Assembly (NCBI GenBank): GCA_028716665.1
Contig: JAQUPP010000002.1
Location: forward strand, 267,717-331,716
Origin: Patescibacteria group bacterium
Lineage (GTDB): Bacteria; Patescibacteriota; Patescibacteriia; UBA2591; JAQUPP01
Direction of reading: 5' to 3'
Length of the DNA stretch: 64,000 nt
Of this stretch, positions 27,559 through 36,912 are shown in pieces; the first letter of the stretch is position 1; the number at the start of each line of letters is the position of its first letter. The notes under the pieces were generated by a model. The model worked only from the letters and a program-made list of their open reading frames with translations. It was not told the DNA's origin and ran no database searches. A program made the position numbers and the translations under genes.

Positions 27559-30087
27559 ATGGAATCAATAGAAATAGATTTATCATCAGTTGATTTACAA
27601 TTTTTTCAAAGCATTTGGTTTTTTATTATTCTTTTTGTCGTCATCGCGGGAATCATAATTTTTATAATTTTAAGGCAACGTTTGAAAAAATCAGTCAGCA
27701 TGAATTTTGCTTTTCAAAATGTCAGTTTATTGATTACTCTCCCCAAAGAATCAAAAGAAGACGAAAATAAAAAAACGACCATTAAAGAATATTTAATGCC
27801 GATGGAGAATTTTTTTGACAATATCGGCGGACTGAAAGCTCAAAGAGGATGGCATAGTAAATTTGCCGGACGAACAGACAGTTTTTCATTTGAAATAGTT
27901 TCTGATAAAGAGGGGACTATTTCTTTTTATATAGTCGTGCCAAAATATTTGCAGCAATTTTTTGAGCAGCAACTGCACGCGCAATATCCAATGGCGGAAA
28001 TAGAACAAGTGGAAGATTATAATATTTTTACTCCAAAAAGCACTATTGCCGGCGTTAATTTAAAATTAAAAAAGCATTATATTTTTCCGATTAAAACTTA
28101 CGCTAAATCTGAAGTTGATCCTTTAAATGCTATTACCAATGCTTTAAGCAAGATTGCTGAAGGCGACGCGGCGGCGATTCAAATTGTCGCTTGCTCAGCC
28201 AAGAGCGAATGGCATCGCTTGGGAGCAAAAGTAGCTTCGGCTATGCAACAAGGCAAAAAATTAAAAGAAGCAATGTCGTCAATTACGGGCGGCGGACTTT
28301 CAGGATTTTTCAAAGGTTTTGGCGAGGCCGCTTTTCCACAACCCTCCAAACCTGACGCGAAAGGCGAACCGAAAAAACTTTATCAGCTCTCTCCAATGGA
28401 ACAGGAAATAATCAAAACTTTGGAAGAAAAAGCCGGTCGGGCGGGAATGGACGTTAATATCAGAATTATTGTTTCCGCTAAAGATAAAATAAAAGCTGAA
28501 GCGTATCTTAACAATATAGTTAATGCTTTCTCTCAATATAACGCTTACGAATACGGCAACAGTTTTACCGTGGTTAAAGTGAGTCCGGCGGTTGTTGCCA
28601 GACAATTTATTTATCGTCTTTTTAATGAAAAATATAAATTCGTTTTAAATACGGAAGAAATTACCAGTATTTTTCATTTGCCTTTGCCGATTACGGAAAC
28701 CCCGAATATTCATTGGCTGATTGCCAAAAAAGCTCCAGCGCCGGTTAATCTTCCGACTGAAGGAATTATTTTGGGCAAAAATATTTATCGCGGCGAGGAA
28801 AAACTTATCCGCATTCAAACAGACGATCGCCGCCGCCATTTGTACATCATCGGTAAATCCGGTACGGGTAAATCTGTTTTGATTTCCAATATGGCCATTC
28901 AGGATATTAAAAACGGCAATGGAGTTTGCGTTATTGATCCGCATGGCGATTTGGTAAATTCTATTTTAGAAAATATTCCAAAAGAAAGAATGAATGACGT
29001 TATTTATTTTGATCCTTCGGATACGGAACGGCCAATCGGCTTGAATATGCTGGAAGCCAGAAGCATGGATCAAAGAGATTTTGCCGTTCAGGAAATGATT
29101 GCCATATTTTACAAACTTTTCCCGCCGGAAATGATCGGCCCGATGTTTGAACACAATATGCGCAATGTGATGTTAACCTTGATGAACGATATTAAAAATC
29201 CGGGCACGATTGCCGAAATTCCAAGAATGTTTTCCGATGCGGAATTTCAGGCGCTTTGGGTGTCAAAATTAACCGATCCGGTTGTTCGCTCTTTTTGGGA
29301 AAAAGAAATGGCCAAAACGTCAGATTTTCATAAATCGGAAATGCTTGGTTATTTGATTTCCAAAGTCGGACGGTTTGTGGAAAATGAGATGATGAGAAAT
29401 GTCATCGGACAAACACATTCGGGATTTGACGTCAGAGACATAATGGATAATCAAAAAATATTATTGGTTAATTTATCAAAAGGAAAAGTCGGAGAAGTCA
29501 ATGCGAATTTATTGGGTTTGATTATTGTTTCCAAATTGCAAATGGCTGCCATGGGACGAGCCGAGCTTCCGGAATCGGAGCGCAAAGATTTTTATCTTTA
29601 TGTTGACGAGTTCCAAAATTTCATCACTGATTCAATCACCACCATTCTTTCCGAAGCGAGAAAATATCGCTTATGCTTGACAATTGCTCATCAATATATC
29701 GGGCAGCTTTCAAAAGGGGCTGATACTTCCATTCGCGACGCGGTTTTGGGAACTGTCGGCACGTTGGTCGCTTTTAAAATGGGTGTTGAAGACACTGAAA
29801 TTTTGGCCAAAGAATTTGCGCCGGTTTTCAGTTCTTATGATTTGATTAATGTTGAAAAATTCAACGCTTACATCAAATTATTGGTTAACAATCAATCCGC
29901 TCGGCCGTTCAATATGATAACCATACCGCCGCAAAAAGGAGATTCGGAAATTGGGCGCGTTATCAAGGAAGCGTCTCGTTTGAAATACGGAAAACCGAGA
30001 GCCGAAGTGAATAAAGAAATAATGGAACGTTCAAGATTGGGTTCTGTGCCTTTAAATCAAGAAGCTGAAGTAGAAAGAACTCTTTAA
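27559..30087 (+). CDS. VirD4/TraD-like (DUF87/HerA) ATPase with N-terminal TM
   Basis: RRHLYIIGKSGTGKS, IDPHGD, LYVDEFQNF, SEARKYR, AHQY. Confidence 0.9.
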   Translation: MESIEIDLSSVDLQFFQSIWFFIILFVVIAGIIIFIILRQRLKKSVSMNFAFQNVSLLITLPKESKEDENKKTTIKEYLMPMENFFDNIGGLKAQRGWHSKFAGRTDSFSFEIVSDKEGTISFYIVVPKYLQQFFEQQLHAQYPMAEIEQVEDYNIFTPKSTIAGVNLKLKKHYIFPIKTYAKSEVDPLNAITNALSKIAEGDAAAIQIVACSAKSEWHRLGAKVASAMQQGKKLKEAMSSITGGGLSGFFKGFGEAAFPQPSKPDAKGEPKKLYQLSPMEQEIIKTLEEKAGRAGMDVNIRIIVSAKDKIKAEAYLNNIVNAFSQYNAYEYGNSFTVVKVSPAVVARQFIYRLFNEKYKFVLNTEEITSIFHLPLPITETPNIHWLIAKKAPAPVNLPTEGIILGKNIYRGEEKLIRIQTDDRRRHLYIIGKSGTGKSVLISNMAIQDIKNGNGVCVIDPHGDLVNSILENIPKERMNDVIYFDPSDTERPIGLNMLEARSMDQRDFAVQEMIAIFYKLFPPEMIGPMFEHNMRNVMLTLMNDIKNPGTIAEIPRMFSDAEFQALWVSKLTDPVVRSFWEKEMAKTSDFHKSEMLGYLISKVGRFVENEMMRNVIGQTHSGFDVRDIMDNQKILLVNLSKGKVGEVNANLLGLIIVSKLQMAAMGRAELPESERKDFYLYVDEFQNFITDSITTILSEARKYRLCLTIAHQYIGQLSKGADTSIRDAVLGTVGTLVAFKMGVEDTEILAKEFAPVFSSYDLINVEKFNAYIKLLVNNQSARPFNMITIPPQKGDSEIGRVIKEASRLKYGKPRAEVNKEIMERSRLGSVPLNQEAEVERTL

Positions 30088-30198
30088 ACTTCATAATGCA
30101 ATTTTTTATTATTTATTAACGAGTTAACGGATTAACGAATTAATTTTAACTCGTGAACTCATTAATTCGTTAATTTATAATTTGGAATTCTCACAAAA

Positions 30199-30747
30199 AT
30201 GCAAATTTTTTATTATTCAGTTTTATTTTTATTTCTTATAGCAGTTGTTTTTATTTTTACCTCAATCTATCGGGGGATTTTTTTAATTAAGTCCGGAACT
30301 CCTTGGGTGCCGCTTAAAGAAAAAAATATCAGGCGATTGTTAAAACTGGCCAATCTTAATGAAAATAATATTCTTTTTGATTTGGGAAGCGGGGAGGGAA
30401 GAATAGTGATTATTGCCGCCAAGGAATTTAAAGTTAAAAAAGTTTATGGCGTGGAAATCAGTTTGTTTCTGCATTGGCTGGCGAAATTAAAAGTTATTTT
30501 TTCCCGTTTATCCGATAAAGTAAATTTAAAATGCGAGAATTTTTTCAAAACAGATTTAACAGAAGCAGATGTCATTATTTGTTATCTTCTGCCGGCCACA
30601 TTGGAAAAATTAAAAAATAAATTTTTGAAAGAATTAAAACCCGGCGCAAAAATTTTAAGTTTTATGTTTCCGATTAAGGGAATGGATCCGGAAGAAGTGA
30701 ACAGATTATTGCCTGATTCCCCGCCAATTTATGTTTATCGCATTTGA
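30199..30747 (+). CDS. SAM-dependent methyltransferase with N-terminal TM
   Basis: PWVP, DLGSGEGR, GVEIS, ELKPGA. Confidence 0.85.
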   Translation: MQIFYYSVLFLFLIAVVFIFTSIYRGIFLIKSGTPWVPLKEKNIRRLLKLANLNENNILFDLGSGEGRIVIIAAKEFKVKKVYGVEISLFLHWLAKLKVIFSRLSDKVNLKCENFFKTDLTEADVIICYLLPATLEKLKNKFLKELKPGAKILSFMFPIKGMDPEEVNRLLPDSPPIYVYRI

Positions 30748-30800
30748 TTTTTTAAAAATGTTACAATGTTATAATGTTAAAATGTTAAAATAAATTTATT

Positions 30801-31892
30801 ATGGTCATTTATCGCAAATACAGGCCTCAAAAATTCAGCGAAGTTATCGGTCAAGATAATGTTGTTAAAATTTTGGAAAACGAAATCAAGCAGGATAAAA
30901 TCGCTCACGCTTTTTTATTAACCGGTCCGCGCGGTTTGGGTAAAACCACTCTTTCGCGCTTGATTGCCAAATCGGTTAATTGCAAAAACAGAAAACCCGG
31001 TCAAAGCGAACCTTGCAACACTTGCGAAAATTGTTTGGATATCACGAAAGGAAGATTTTTGGATTTGATTGAATTGGACGCCGCTTCGCAAACAGGAGTT
31101 GATAATGTCAGGGAAAATATTATTGCTTACAGCCGACTACCCCCGACCATCGGGAAATATAAAGTGTTTGTCATTGATGAATGCCATATGCTTTCCACTT
31201 CGGCTTTTAACGCACTTTTGAAAACTTTGGAAGAACCGCCGTCTTACGTTATTTTTATTCTCGCCACCACGGAAATTCACAAATTGCCGGAAACGATTAT
31301 TTCGCGATGTCAAAGATTTGACTTAACAAAAGTTCCGATTGAAAAAATTTTCAATCGACTTAAAAATATAATGAAATTGGAAAAAATAAAAATTGACGAC
31401 GAAATATTAAAAATTGTTGCTCGAAGATCAGAAGGTTATGTCCGCGACGCGGAAAGTTTGATGAGTCAGATTTTGGCTTTGGGCGGCGAGGAAATTACCA
31501 TGGAAGAGGCGAGTTTGGTTATTCCGCCCACTCAAACAAAATTGCACATTGAATTTATTGATTTGATAATCAATGACAACAGCCAGGAAGCGGTAAAAAT
31601 GGTTAATCATCTTTTGGACGAAGGCGTGGATTTGGAACAATTTATTACTGACTTGATTGAATTTTTGAGAAAAATGATTTTGGTGAAAATCGGCGCGATA
31701 AAAGATGATTTTTGGGAACAATTTGACGATGTCACAACCAAAAAAATGAAAGAGTTTGGCGAAAAAATTGAAACAAAAAAACTCATCACTATTATTGACG
31801 AATTTATAAAAACAAAAATTCAATTGGGCTACAGCGAAATTCCTCAATTGCCAATAGAATTGGCGGTTTTAAAACTTTGCCAGACGAAATAA
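30801..31892 (+). CDS. dnaX: DNA polymerase III subunit gamma/tau, short form
   Basis: YRKYRPQ, GPRGLGKT, DECHMLS, NALLKTLEEPP, SRCQ. Confidence 0.96.
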   Translation: MVIYRKYRPQKFSEVIGQDNVVKILENEIKQDKIAHAFLLTGPRGLGKTTLSRLIAKSVNCKNRKPGQSEPCNTCENCLDITKGRFLDLIELDAASQTGVDNVRENIIAYSRLPPTIGKYKVFVIDECHMLSTSAFNALLKTLEEPPSYVIFILATTEIHKLPETIISRCQRFDLTKVPIEKIFNRLKNIMKLEKIKIDDEILKIVARRSEGYVRDAESLMSQILALGGEEITMEEASLVIPPTQTKLHIEFIDLIINDNSQEAVKMVNHLLDEGVDLEQFITDLIEFLRKMILVKIGAIKDDFWEQFDDVTTKKMKEFGEKIETKKLITIIDEFIKTKIQLGYSEIPQLPIELAVLKLCQTK

Positions 31893-31897
31893 ATTAT

Positions 31898-31971
31898 TGC
31901 GGGATCGTCTAATGGTAGGACACATCCCTCTGGAGGATGTTATCTTGGTTCGAATCCAAGTCCCGCAGCCA
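31898..31971 (+). tRNA. tRNA-Gln(CTG)
   Basis: TGCGGGA/TCCCGCA acceptor, CATCC-CTCTGGA-GGATG, TTCGAAT, CCA. Confidence 0.95.
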
Positions 31972-32043
31972 ACAATTTTAGCTATATAGGACAAGGTAAA
32001 GCTGGTTCGATTTCAAGATTATTTTTTTTGATATAATAGAATT

Positions 32044-32283
32044 ATGAAATTGACAAATGATAGTTACATAATTTCTATAGGCACAAAAAACTTCACTGAA
32101 AAATATTTTCGAGATGAAGGGGGTTGGATGAAAATTTCAGCGAAAGGTAAGAAGTTTCGCATGACAGCAGAACAGCTTCTCAATCATCTATTACCAGCCA
32201 TAGCTCATGTAAAACCAGGACTAACATGGAAAGTTGAATACAAATACAAGAAAGAATTAAAATCTGCCAAAAAGAAATCATAA
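32044..32283 (+). CDS. hypothetical protein, first gene of the tRNA-Gln array
   Basis: 79-aa ORF behind TGnTATAAT. Confidence 0.7.
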   Translation: MKLTNDSYIISIGTKNFTEKYFRDEGGWMKISAKGKKFRMTAEQLLNHLLPAIAHVKPGLTWKVEYKYKKELKSAKKKS

Positions 32284-32349
32284 ATTTTAAGCGTATTACC
32301 CCATCTAGTGGGACTTTTCTGTTTTTTAACCCATATTTTCCATTAAAAA

Positions 32350-32379
32350 GGTTCCAATATCGTTCCATTACTCCGGTTT
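32350..32379 (+). repeat. array repeat R1
   Basis: GGTTCCAATATCGTTCCATTACTCCGGTTT. Confidence 0.8.
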
Positions 32380-32526
32380 ATAAATGCAAAATCTTAATTT
32401 TTTTATATTTTTTAAAGAATAAAACAAGGTTGAAAGCCTTGATTTTTCATTAAACAAAGAATATAATAATCAGTATAGAATAATCAGCAAAATTATAAAA
32501 TGTAATTTAAATTTATATAAATAATT

Positions 32527-32748
32527 ATGAATTGGCTTAAACAAAACTGGTCTAAAATACTCTCATATATATTAAAAGGATTTATTTTATATTTATGTGG
32601 GGCAATAATTTATACTTGGCTTAAGTCTGAAGGGAGTGTTGGGGAGAGGTTATGCACTTTTGTTATTGCTATTGCTTTAATTTTTATGCTTACAGCAGAT
32701 TTTCAAAAAGACATTATCGCGTGGTTTAAAAAAATCTTTAAAGAATAA
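32527..32748 (+). CDS. small two-TM protein
   Basis: 73 aa, two hydrophobic segments. Confidence 0.65.
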   Translation: MNWLKQNWSKILSYILKGFILYLCGAIIYTWLKSEGSVGERLCTFVIAIALIFMLTADFQKDIIAWFKKIFKE

Positions 32749-32888
32749 TTATAAACGTTTTTTAATATAATTTATTTTGTAATTTGTAGGTATTTAAATA
32801 GAAGTAAAAAGTTTATAAACAATACATTGGGCGTAGAGTGGATGTGTTTAAAAATAAGACAAATGAAAGGTCAAATTTTTTTATCTAA

Positions 32889-32917
32889 ATTCCAACATCG
32901 TTCCATTTTCTCAGTTT
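32889..32917 (+). repeat. array repeat R2
   Basis: ATTCCAACATCGTTCCATTTTCTCAGTTT. Confidence 0.8.
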
Positions 32918-32938
32918 TAAAAATTATTATTAAAATTT

Positions 32939-33631
32939 ATGAAAAAAATTATTTATTACATAATTTGTGTAATAGTTTTCATTGTTTCATTTTTAGCAAC
33001 CCTATTTTTACCAGTAAATGAAATTTTTAAAGGCATTTTAACATTCCCTGGTATTGTTGCTTTGTTATCTGTTTTATATCAACTATGGCGAGATGAACGA
33101 GCCCATGAGCGTGTTATTGAACTACAGAATAAACAGCAAGATTTTATTTTAGGGACAGCATCACATATGGCGGATGTAGTATATAATAAACACGTAGAAT
33201 TTTGTGAAGAATATATAGACAGAGTACAAGAGGGATTCCAAGAATTATTAAGAGATGGTGTTTCTAAAAATGCACTCATTATCGGAGGGGATCTAATCAA
33301 AATAAGACAGAAACATTCTGCCTGGCTTACTCAAGAAATTGAAAAAAACTTAAAACCATTTGAACAAGCATTAATTAAAATAGGAGCCAAGGAAGGTTTT
33401 CTTCAAGATACAAGACTCCTCCCGGGAGAAGAAAGAAAAAAAATAGTTGACGAGGTTTATAGATCTTTCGGTTTAGTATTGGGACATGAAACACCAATGA
33501 GCAAAGAGGAGGCTGATATGAAAATAGATACAGTTATAGAAAAAATTAGAGAAATACTTGGAATAAATATTCTAACTGATTTAAGACTTAAGGCGGCTGA
33601 ATTAGCTAAAAAAAGAATAAGTGATATATAA
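32939..33631 (+). CDS. hypothetical protein with two N-terminal TMs
   Basis: 230-aa ORF, TM pair then helical domain. Confidence 0.8.
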   Translation: MKKIIYYIICVIVFIVSFLATLFLPVNEIFKGILTFPGIVALLSVLYQLWRDERAHERVIELQNKQQDFILGTASHMADVVYNKHVEFCEEYIDRVQEGFQELLRDGVSKNALIIGGDLIKIRQKHSAWLTQEIEKNLKPFEQALIKIGAKEGFLQDTRLLPGEERKKIVDEVYRSFGLVLGHETPMSKEEADMKIDTVIEKIREILGINILTDLRLKAAELAKKRISDI

Positions 33632-33669
33632 ATTATAGATAAATAATTTACTTAATTTTAATTACCCAC

Positions 33670-33699
33670 ATTCCAATATCGTTCCATTGCTTCAGTAAA
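33670..33699 (+). repeat. array repeat R3
   Basis: ATTCCAATATCGTTCCATTGCTTCAGTAAA. Confidence 0.8.
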
Positions 33700-33718
33700 T
33701 TATTGTAAAATATTATAC

Positions 33719-34165
33719 ATGAACGAAATAAAACTTCACAATCAATGGGTTGTTAAAGCTCCTATAAATGATGTATTCGGAATAATGACCGACTTCGAAA
33801 AATTTCCAAAGAATTTTCCAAAAGTCGCTGAATCAATACAGATTAATAAACGAGAAGGAAATTATGTAGAGATGGACGCAACCGTAAGATCATTCGGTAA
33901 AAAATTTCAGGTGAAGATGAAAACTCAAATTCTTCCGGGGAAAGGCTTTATTTCGGACAATGACAGTTATCAGTTTGGGACTTCCGGACACGAAGAGTTA
34001 TTGCTTTCTGAACACGCCAAAGGAACTTTGATTGACTATACCTATCAAGTCACTATTCATAAAAAATGGCTAGGTATAATCGCCGTGCCATTACTACGCT
34101 GGTATTCAATGAAATACTGGGAAAAAGCAGTTATTGATCAGCTTAAAAAGTTTCTTGAGAAATAA
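33719..34165 (+). CDS. SRPBCC/polyketide cyclase family protein
   Basis: VKAPINDVFGIMTDFEKFP, GTLIDY pattern. Confidence 0.8.
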   Translation: MNEIKLHNQWVVKAPINDVFGIMTDFEKFPKNFPKVAESIQINKREGNYVEMDATVRSFGKKFQVKMKTQILPGKGFISDNDSYQFGTSGHEELLLSEHAKGTLIDYTYQVTIHKKWLGIIAVPLLRWYSMKYWEKAVIDQLKKFLEK

Positions 34166-34166
34166 T

Positions 34167-34197
34167 GGTTCTAATATTGTCCAAGGCTTCCATGTTT
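34167..34197 (+). repeat. array repeat R4, degenerate
   Basis: GGTTCTAATATTGTCCAAGGCTTCCATGTTT. Confidence 0.55.
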
Positions 34198-34207
34198 AAT
34201 TAATACT

Positions 34208-34639
34208 ATGAATAATACTGCTAATGAATTAGGAACAAAAATATTGCTGATTGCTGTTATTGAAAAAGATGATGCGATTTTGATGCGAAAAAAACCAGAA
34301 GGTTCATTGCCATATAAAGAAACATGGTATCTGTTCGGCTGCGAACGCGTATTAAATCAAGACGATTCTAAAACAATATCGGAATACATTAAGAAAACCT
34401 TGAATATTGATATTTATTCTATTATACAAATAGGAGAGGATAGTGAAGTTAAGCAAGACCATGATGGAATTGTGAAAAAATTTATTTATATAGATTTTAG
34501 CTGCTTCTACAAGAACGGACTACCTAAAACACCCGAGGGAGCAGAAAAAGTTGAGTGGATACCTAAAGAAAAAATTAAGGAATATGACATTGTGCCTCCT
34601 TCAAAAAAACTTTTAAAGAAAATTGGGTATTTAAATTAG
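34208..34639 (+). CDS. NUDIX-fold protein with degenerate Nudix box
   Basis: AVIEKDDAILMRK..P...WYLFG, VEWI, but no GX5EX7REUXEE. Confidence 0.7.
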   Translation: MNNTANELGTKILLIAVIEKDDAILMRKKPEGSLPYKETWYLFGCERVLNQDDSKTISEYIKKTLNIDIYSIIQIGEDSEVKQDHDGIVKKFIYIDFSCFYKNGLPKTPEGAEKVEWIPKEKIKEYDIVPPSKKLLKKIGYLN

Positions 34640-34756
34640 TTATTCATATTATATTTATTTTTTAAAAAACATTCTCATATTCTCAAGAATATGAGAATGT
34701 TTTTTATACACGAAGTTGAATTATAATTATATTATCGCCAAAAGGTGCGGGGTTGA

Positions 34757-34869
34757 CCCCGTCAGAAGTTTGACGCAAGTTTTTATATTTTAAAATATTC
34801 AGAGCCGCAAAGGCGGCTTCGCCTAAAGCCTTTATATATCTATGGTTTATTGATGAACTTCTAACGGGG
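34757..34869. mobile_element. CCCC-type mini inverted-repeat element with TTGA duplication
   Basis: CCCCGTCAGAAGTT...AACTTCTAACGGGG with TTGA at 34753 and 34870. Confidence 0.75.
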
Positions 34870-34898
34870 TTGACAAAAAGTGAAAAATTTGCTTAAAT
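34870..34898 (+). promoter_or_regulatory. promoter of cassette U10
   Basis: TTGACAAAAAGTGAAAAATTTGCTTAAAT. Confidence 0.7.
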
Positions 34899-34965
34899 AA
34901 TTAATAGCCAAACATAATTAAATATAACGTTTGGTGATAGATGGATTTTTACAAAGGAGGACAAA

Positions 34966-35253
34966 ATGTCATTACTGACAACAATAGCTATAGTGCTGGA
35001 ATTTATAGCTGTTTATTTTCTTATCTGTGCTTTCTGTTTTAAAAATCCCGGAGAAAAAATAGAGGCCATGATTGTTATAACAGGCATTATGTTTATTGAA
35101 TGCCTGCTGTTTAGTATCGGTGATTGGCGGCATAATAGTATAGGGGGTTCTGTATTTTGGGTGATTCTCGCAGTTATCTGTTTGTTAATTTTTAAGAAGG
35201 GCATATCGGAACGCAGAAAGATTGAAAAAATTAATCTTAAAAAGGGGGTGTAA
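34966..35253 (+). CDS. three-TM membrane protein (cassette U10, gene 1)
   Basis: 95 aa, SD AAGGAGG. Confidence 0.75.
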   Translation: MSLLTTIAIVLEFIAVYFLICAFCFKNPGEKIEAMIVITGIMFIECLLFSIGDWRHNSIGGSVFWVILAVICLLIFKKGISERRKIEKINLKKGV

Positions 35254-35254
35254 G

Positions 35255-35524
35255 ATGTATAAACTTTTTGAAGTTAAAATGTTTAACGCATCGTCAACTG
35301 GAGAAGTAGAGGTGATAGAAATTCATGAAAAAAATGGATTTAAAAAACGCGTCGCTTTGCTTGGTGCGCAAGATGCTATTCACGGACATGGATTAATCAC
35401 GGCTATAAATTACCTTGCATTCACATTCAACTTAAAACTTATTGCTGTTCTACCGCCCAAAGAAATAAATTCTTCTATAATTTACATTTTGATTATGGAA
35501 GAAGGGAAATTAATAAAGCATTAA
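35255..35524 (+). CDS. hypothetical protein (cassette U10, gene 2)
   Basis: ATG at 35255 behind SD AAGGGGGTG. Confidence 0.7.
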   Translation: MYKLFEVKMFNASSTGEVEVIEIHEKNGFKKRVALLGAQDAIHGHGLITAINYLAFTFNLKLIAVLPPKEINSSIIYILIMEEGKLIKH

Positions 35525-35535
35525 AATTTCAATTC

Positions 35536-35574
35536 AAATGGAGATAGTAGTAATAACGCTATCTCCATTTTTTT
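35536..35574 (+). terminator. terminator of U10
   Basis: AAATGGAGATAG...CTATCTCCATTTTTTT. Confidence 0.8.
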
Positions 35575-35620
35575 ATTTGTGATATAATATAAAGTATTAA
35601 TTAATTTTAATAAAAATTAT

Positions 35621-35962
35621 ATGGGTATTTCAGTTGAATTTAATCCCGACCTTGCCTTGAGGGATATTTCCGAATTTAAAGCAGGCAGGAGAAAAATTGA
35701 AGAATGCATTCCTGACCCGTTAGAAATAAATAAAGTTTACGACTTTTTAAAAGAGGGCCAGCGTTGTTATTATTTTGGGGAAGAACTGCCGTTGTTGGAA
35801 ACAAAAGGCATGGGAAATTTATCAAAACCAAAAGCAAGCATAATTATTTTGGAAGCGACTCATTTTAAGGAAAACGTTAAAATATACACCAAAGGAAAAT
35901 ATGAAGTGATTAAAATAATTCCAGAAGGAGAAATTTATTTTAACGGGATAAATAAAATTTAA
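35621..35962 (+). CDS. hypothetical protein
   Basis: 113-aa ORF behind TGnTATAAT, no SD. Confidence 0.75.
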   Translation: MGISVEFNPDLALRDISEFKAGRRKIEECIPDPLEINKVYDFLKEGQRCYYFGEELPLLETKGMGNLSKPKASIIILEATHFKENVKIYTKGKYEVIKIIPEGEIYFNGINKI

Positions 35963-35968
35963 TTTTTT

Positions 35969-36490
35969 ATGGAAATAGAATTAGAACGAACTTTTTTATT
36001 GAAAAATATTCCGGAGAAAATAAAAGATTGCAAATTCATCGAGATTATTGATATTTATATTCCGCAATCAGCGGCGCATCCGGTTTTAAGATTGCGCAAA
36101 AAGGGGAATGTTTTTGAAATGACAAAAAAATTTCCAAAAATTAATAATGACGCGTCGGAGCAGGAAGAACACACAATTGTTTTGTCAGAAGAAGAGTTTA
36201 TCGCTTTGTCAAAATTGAATGGAAAAAAATTAAGAAAATTTCGTTATTATTATCCAATAAGCGATATGACAGCAGAAATTGATATCTATTTAGATGATTT
36301 GGAAGGGTTGGCATTAGCGGATTTTGAATTTAAATCAATTGAAGAAAAAAATATTTTCGTGATGCCGGATTTTTGTTTGGCTGATGTTACGCAAGAAAAA
36401 GTTGCGGCCGGCGGCATGCTGGCCGGTAGAAAATATTCAGATATTGAGCTGACTTTGAATAAATATAATTATAGAAAAATAAATATTTGA
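35969..36490 (+). CDS. CYTH-domain protein
   Basis: EIELERTF, LRLRKKG, KFRY, EIDIY, ADFEF. Confidence 0.85.
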   Translation: MEIELERTFLLKNIPEKIKDCKFIEIIDIYIPQSAAHPVLRLRKKGNVFEMTKKFPKINNDASEQEEHTIVLSEEEFIALSKLNGKKLRKFRYYYPISDMTAEIDIYLDDLEGLALADFEFKSIEEKNIFVMPDFCLADVTQEKVAAGGMLAGRKYSDIELTLNKYNYRKINI

Positions 36491-36514
36491 CAAAAATCGA
36501 AAAAATGCTATAAT
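36487..36514 (+). promoter_or_regulatory. promoter of cassette U11; its -35 contains the CYTH TGA stop
   Basis: TTGACA-16nt-TATAAT with TGn. Confidence 0.8.
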
Positions 36515-36561
36515 ATTTACATAAAATATAAACTAAATTAGTTATTTAAAAAGGGGGAAAG

Positions 36562-36912
36562 ATGCTTGATAAAATATTACTGATAGTGATTTTGGTAATA
36601 GGATTAGTTGGTTTTGTCTTTTTTGTTTTAGCTCTTAGTAATTTGCCGTGGAACGAAGGAGAATCTAGAATCAATATGACAATTGCCATGACATTTGGTG
36701 CAGTTTTTTTCCTCAGCCTTGGTATTTTTACTATGATTTTTGGCGATAAATACGGACACATTTTTGATGTTGTGAGCCTTAAACATCCTTGCGTTATTGG
36801 CATTACTATCAGCGCTGCATTAATTTGCGCTTTTTTTGCCAAGCAGGGTATAAAGGAACTTAAAGAAATTAAGAAAAAAAAGGAGGCAGAAGATGAATGT
36901 AAGAATTCATAA
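36562..36912 (+). CDS. three-TM membrane protein (cassette U11, gene 1)
   Basis: 116 aa, SD AAGGGGG. Confidence 0.75.
   Translation: MLDKILLIVILVIGLVGFVFFVLALSNLPWNEGESRINMTIAMTFGAVFFLSLGIFTMIFGDKYGHIFDVVSLKHPCVIGITISAALICAFFAKQGIKELKEIKKKKEAEDECKNS

Noticed and set aside
30801-31892. dnaX truncated by frameshift or by island insertion
   Set aside because: Ends cleanly after domain III, 5 nt before tRNA-Gln, with no slippery site or downstream tau remnant seen
32350-34197. Classical integron attC sites
   Set aside because: No RYYYAAC...GTTRRRY boxes or long palindrome, and no intI in the window
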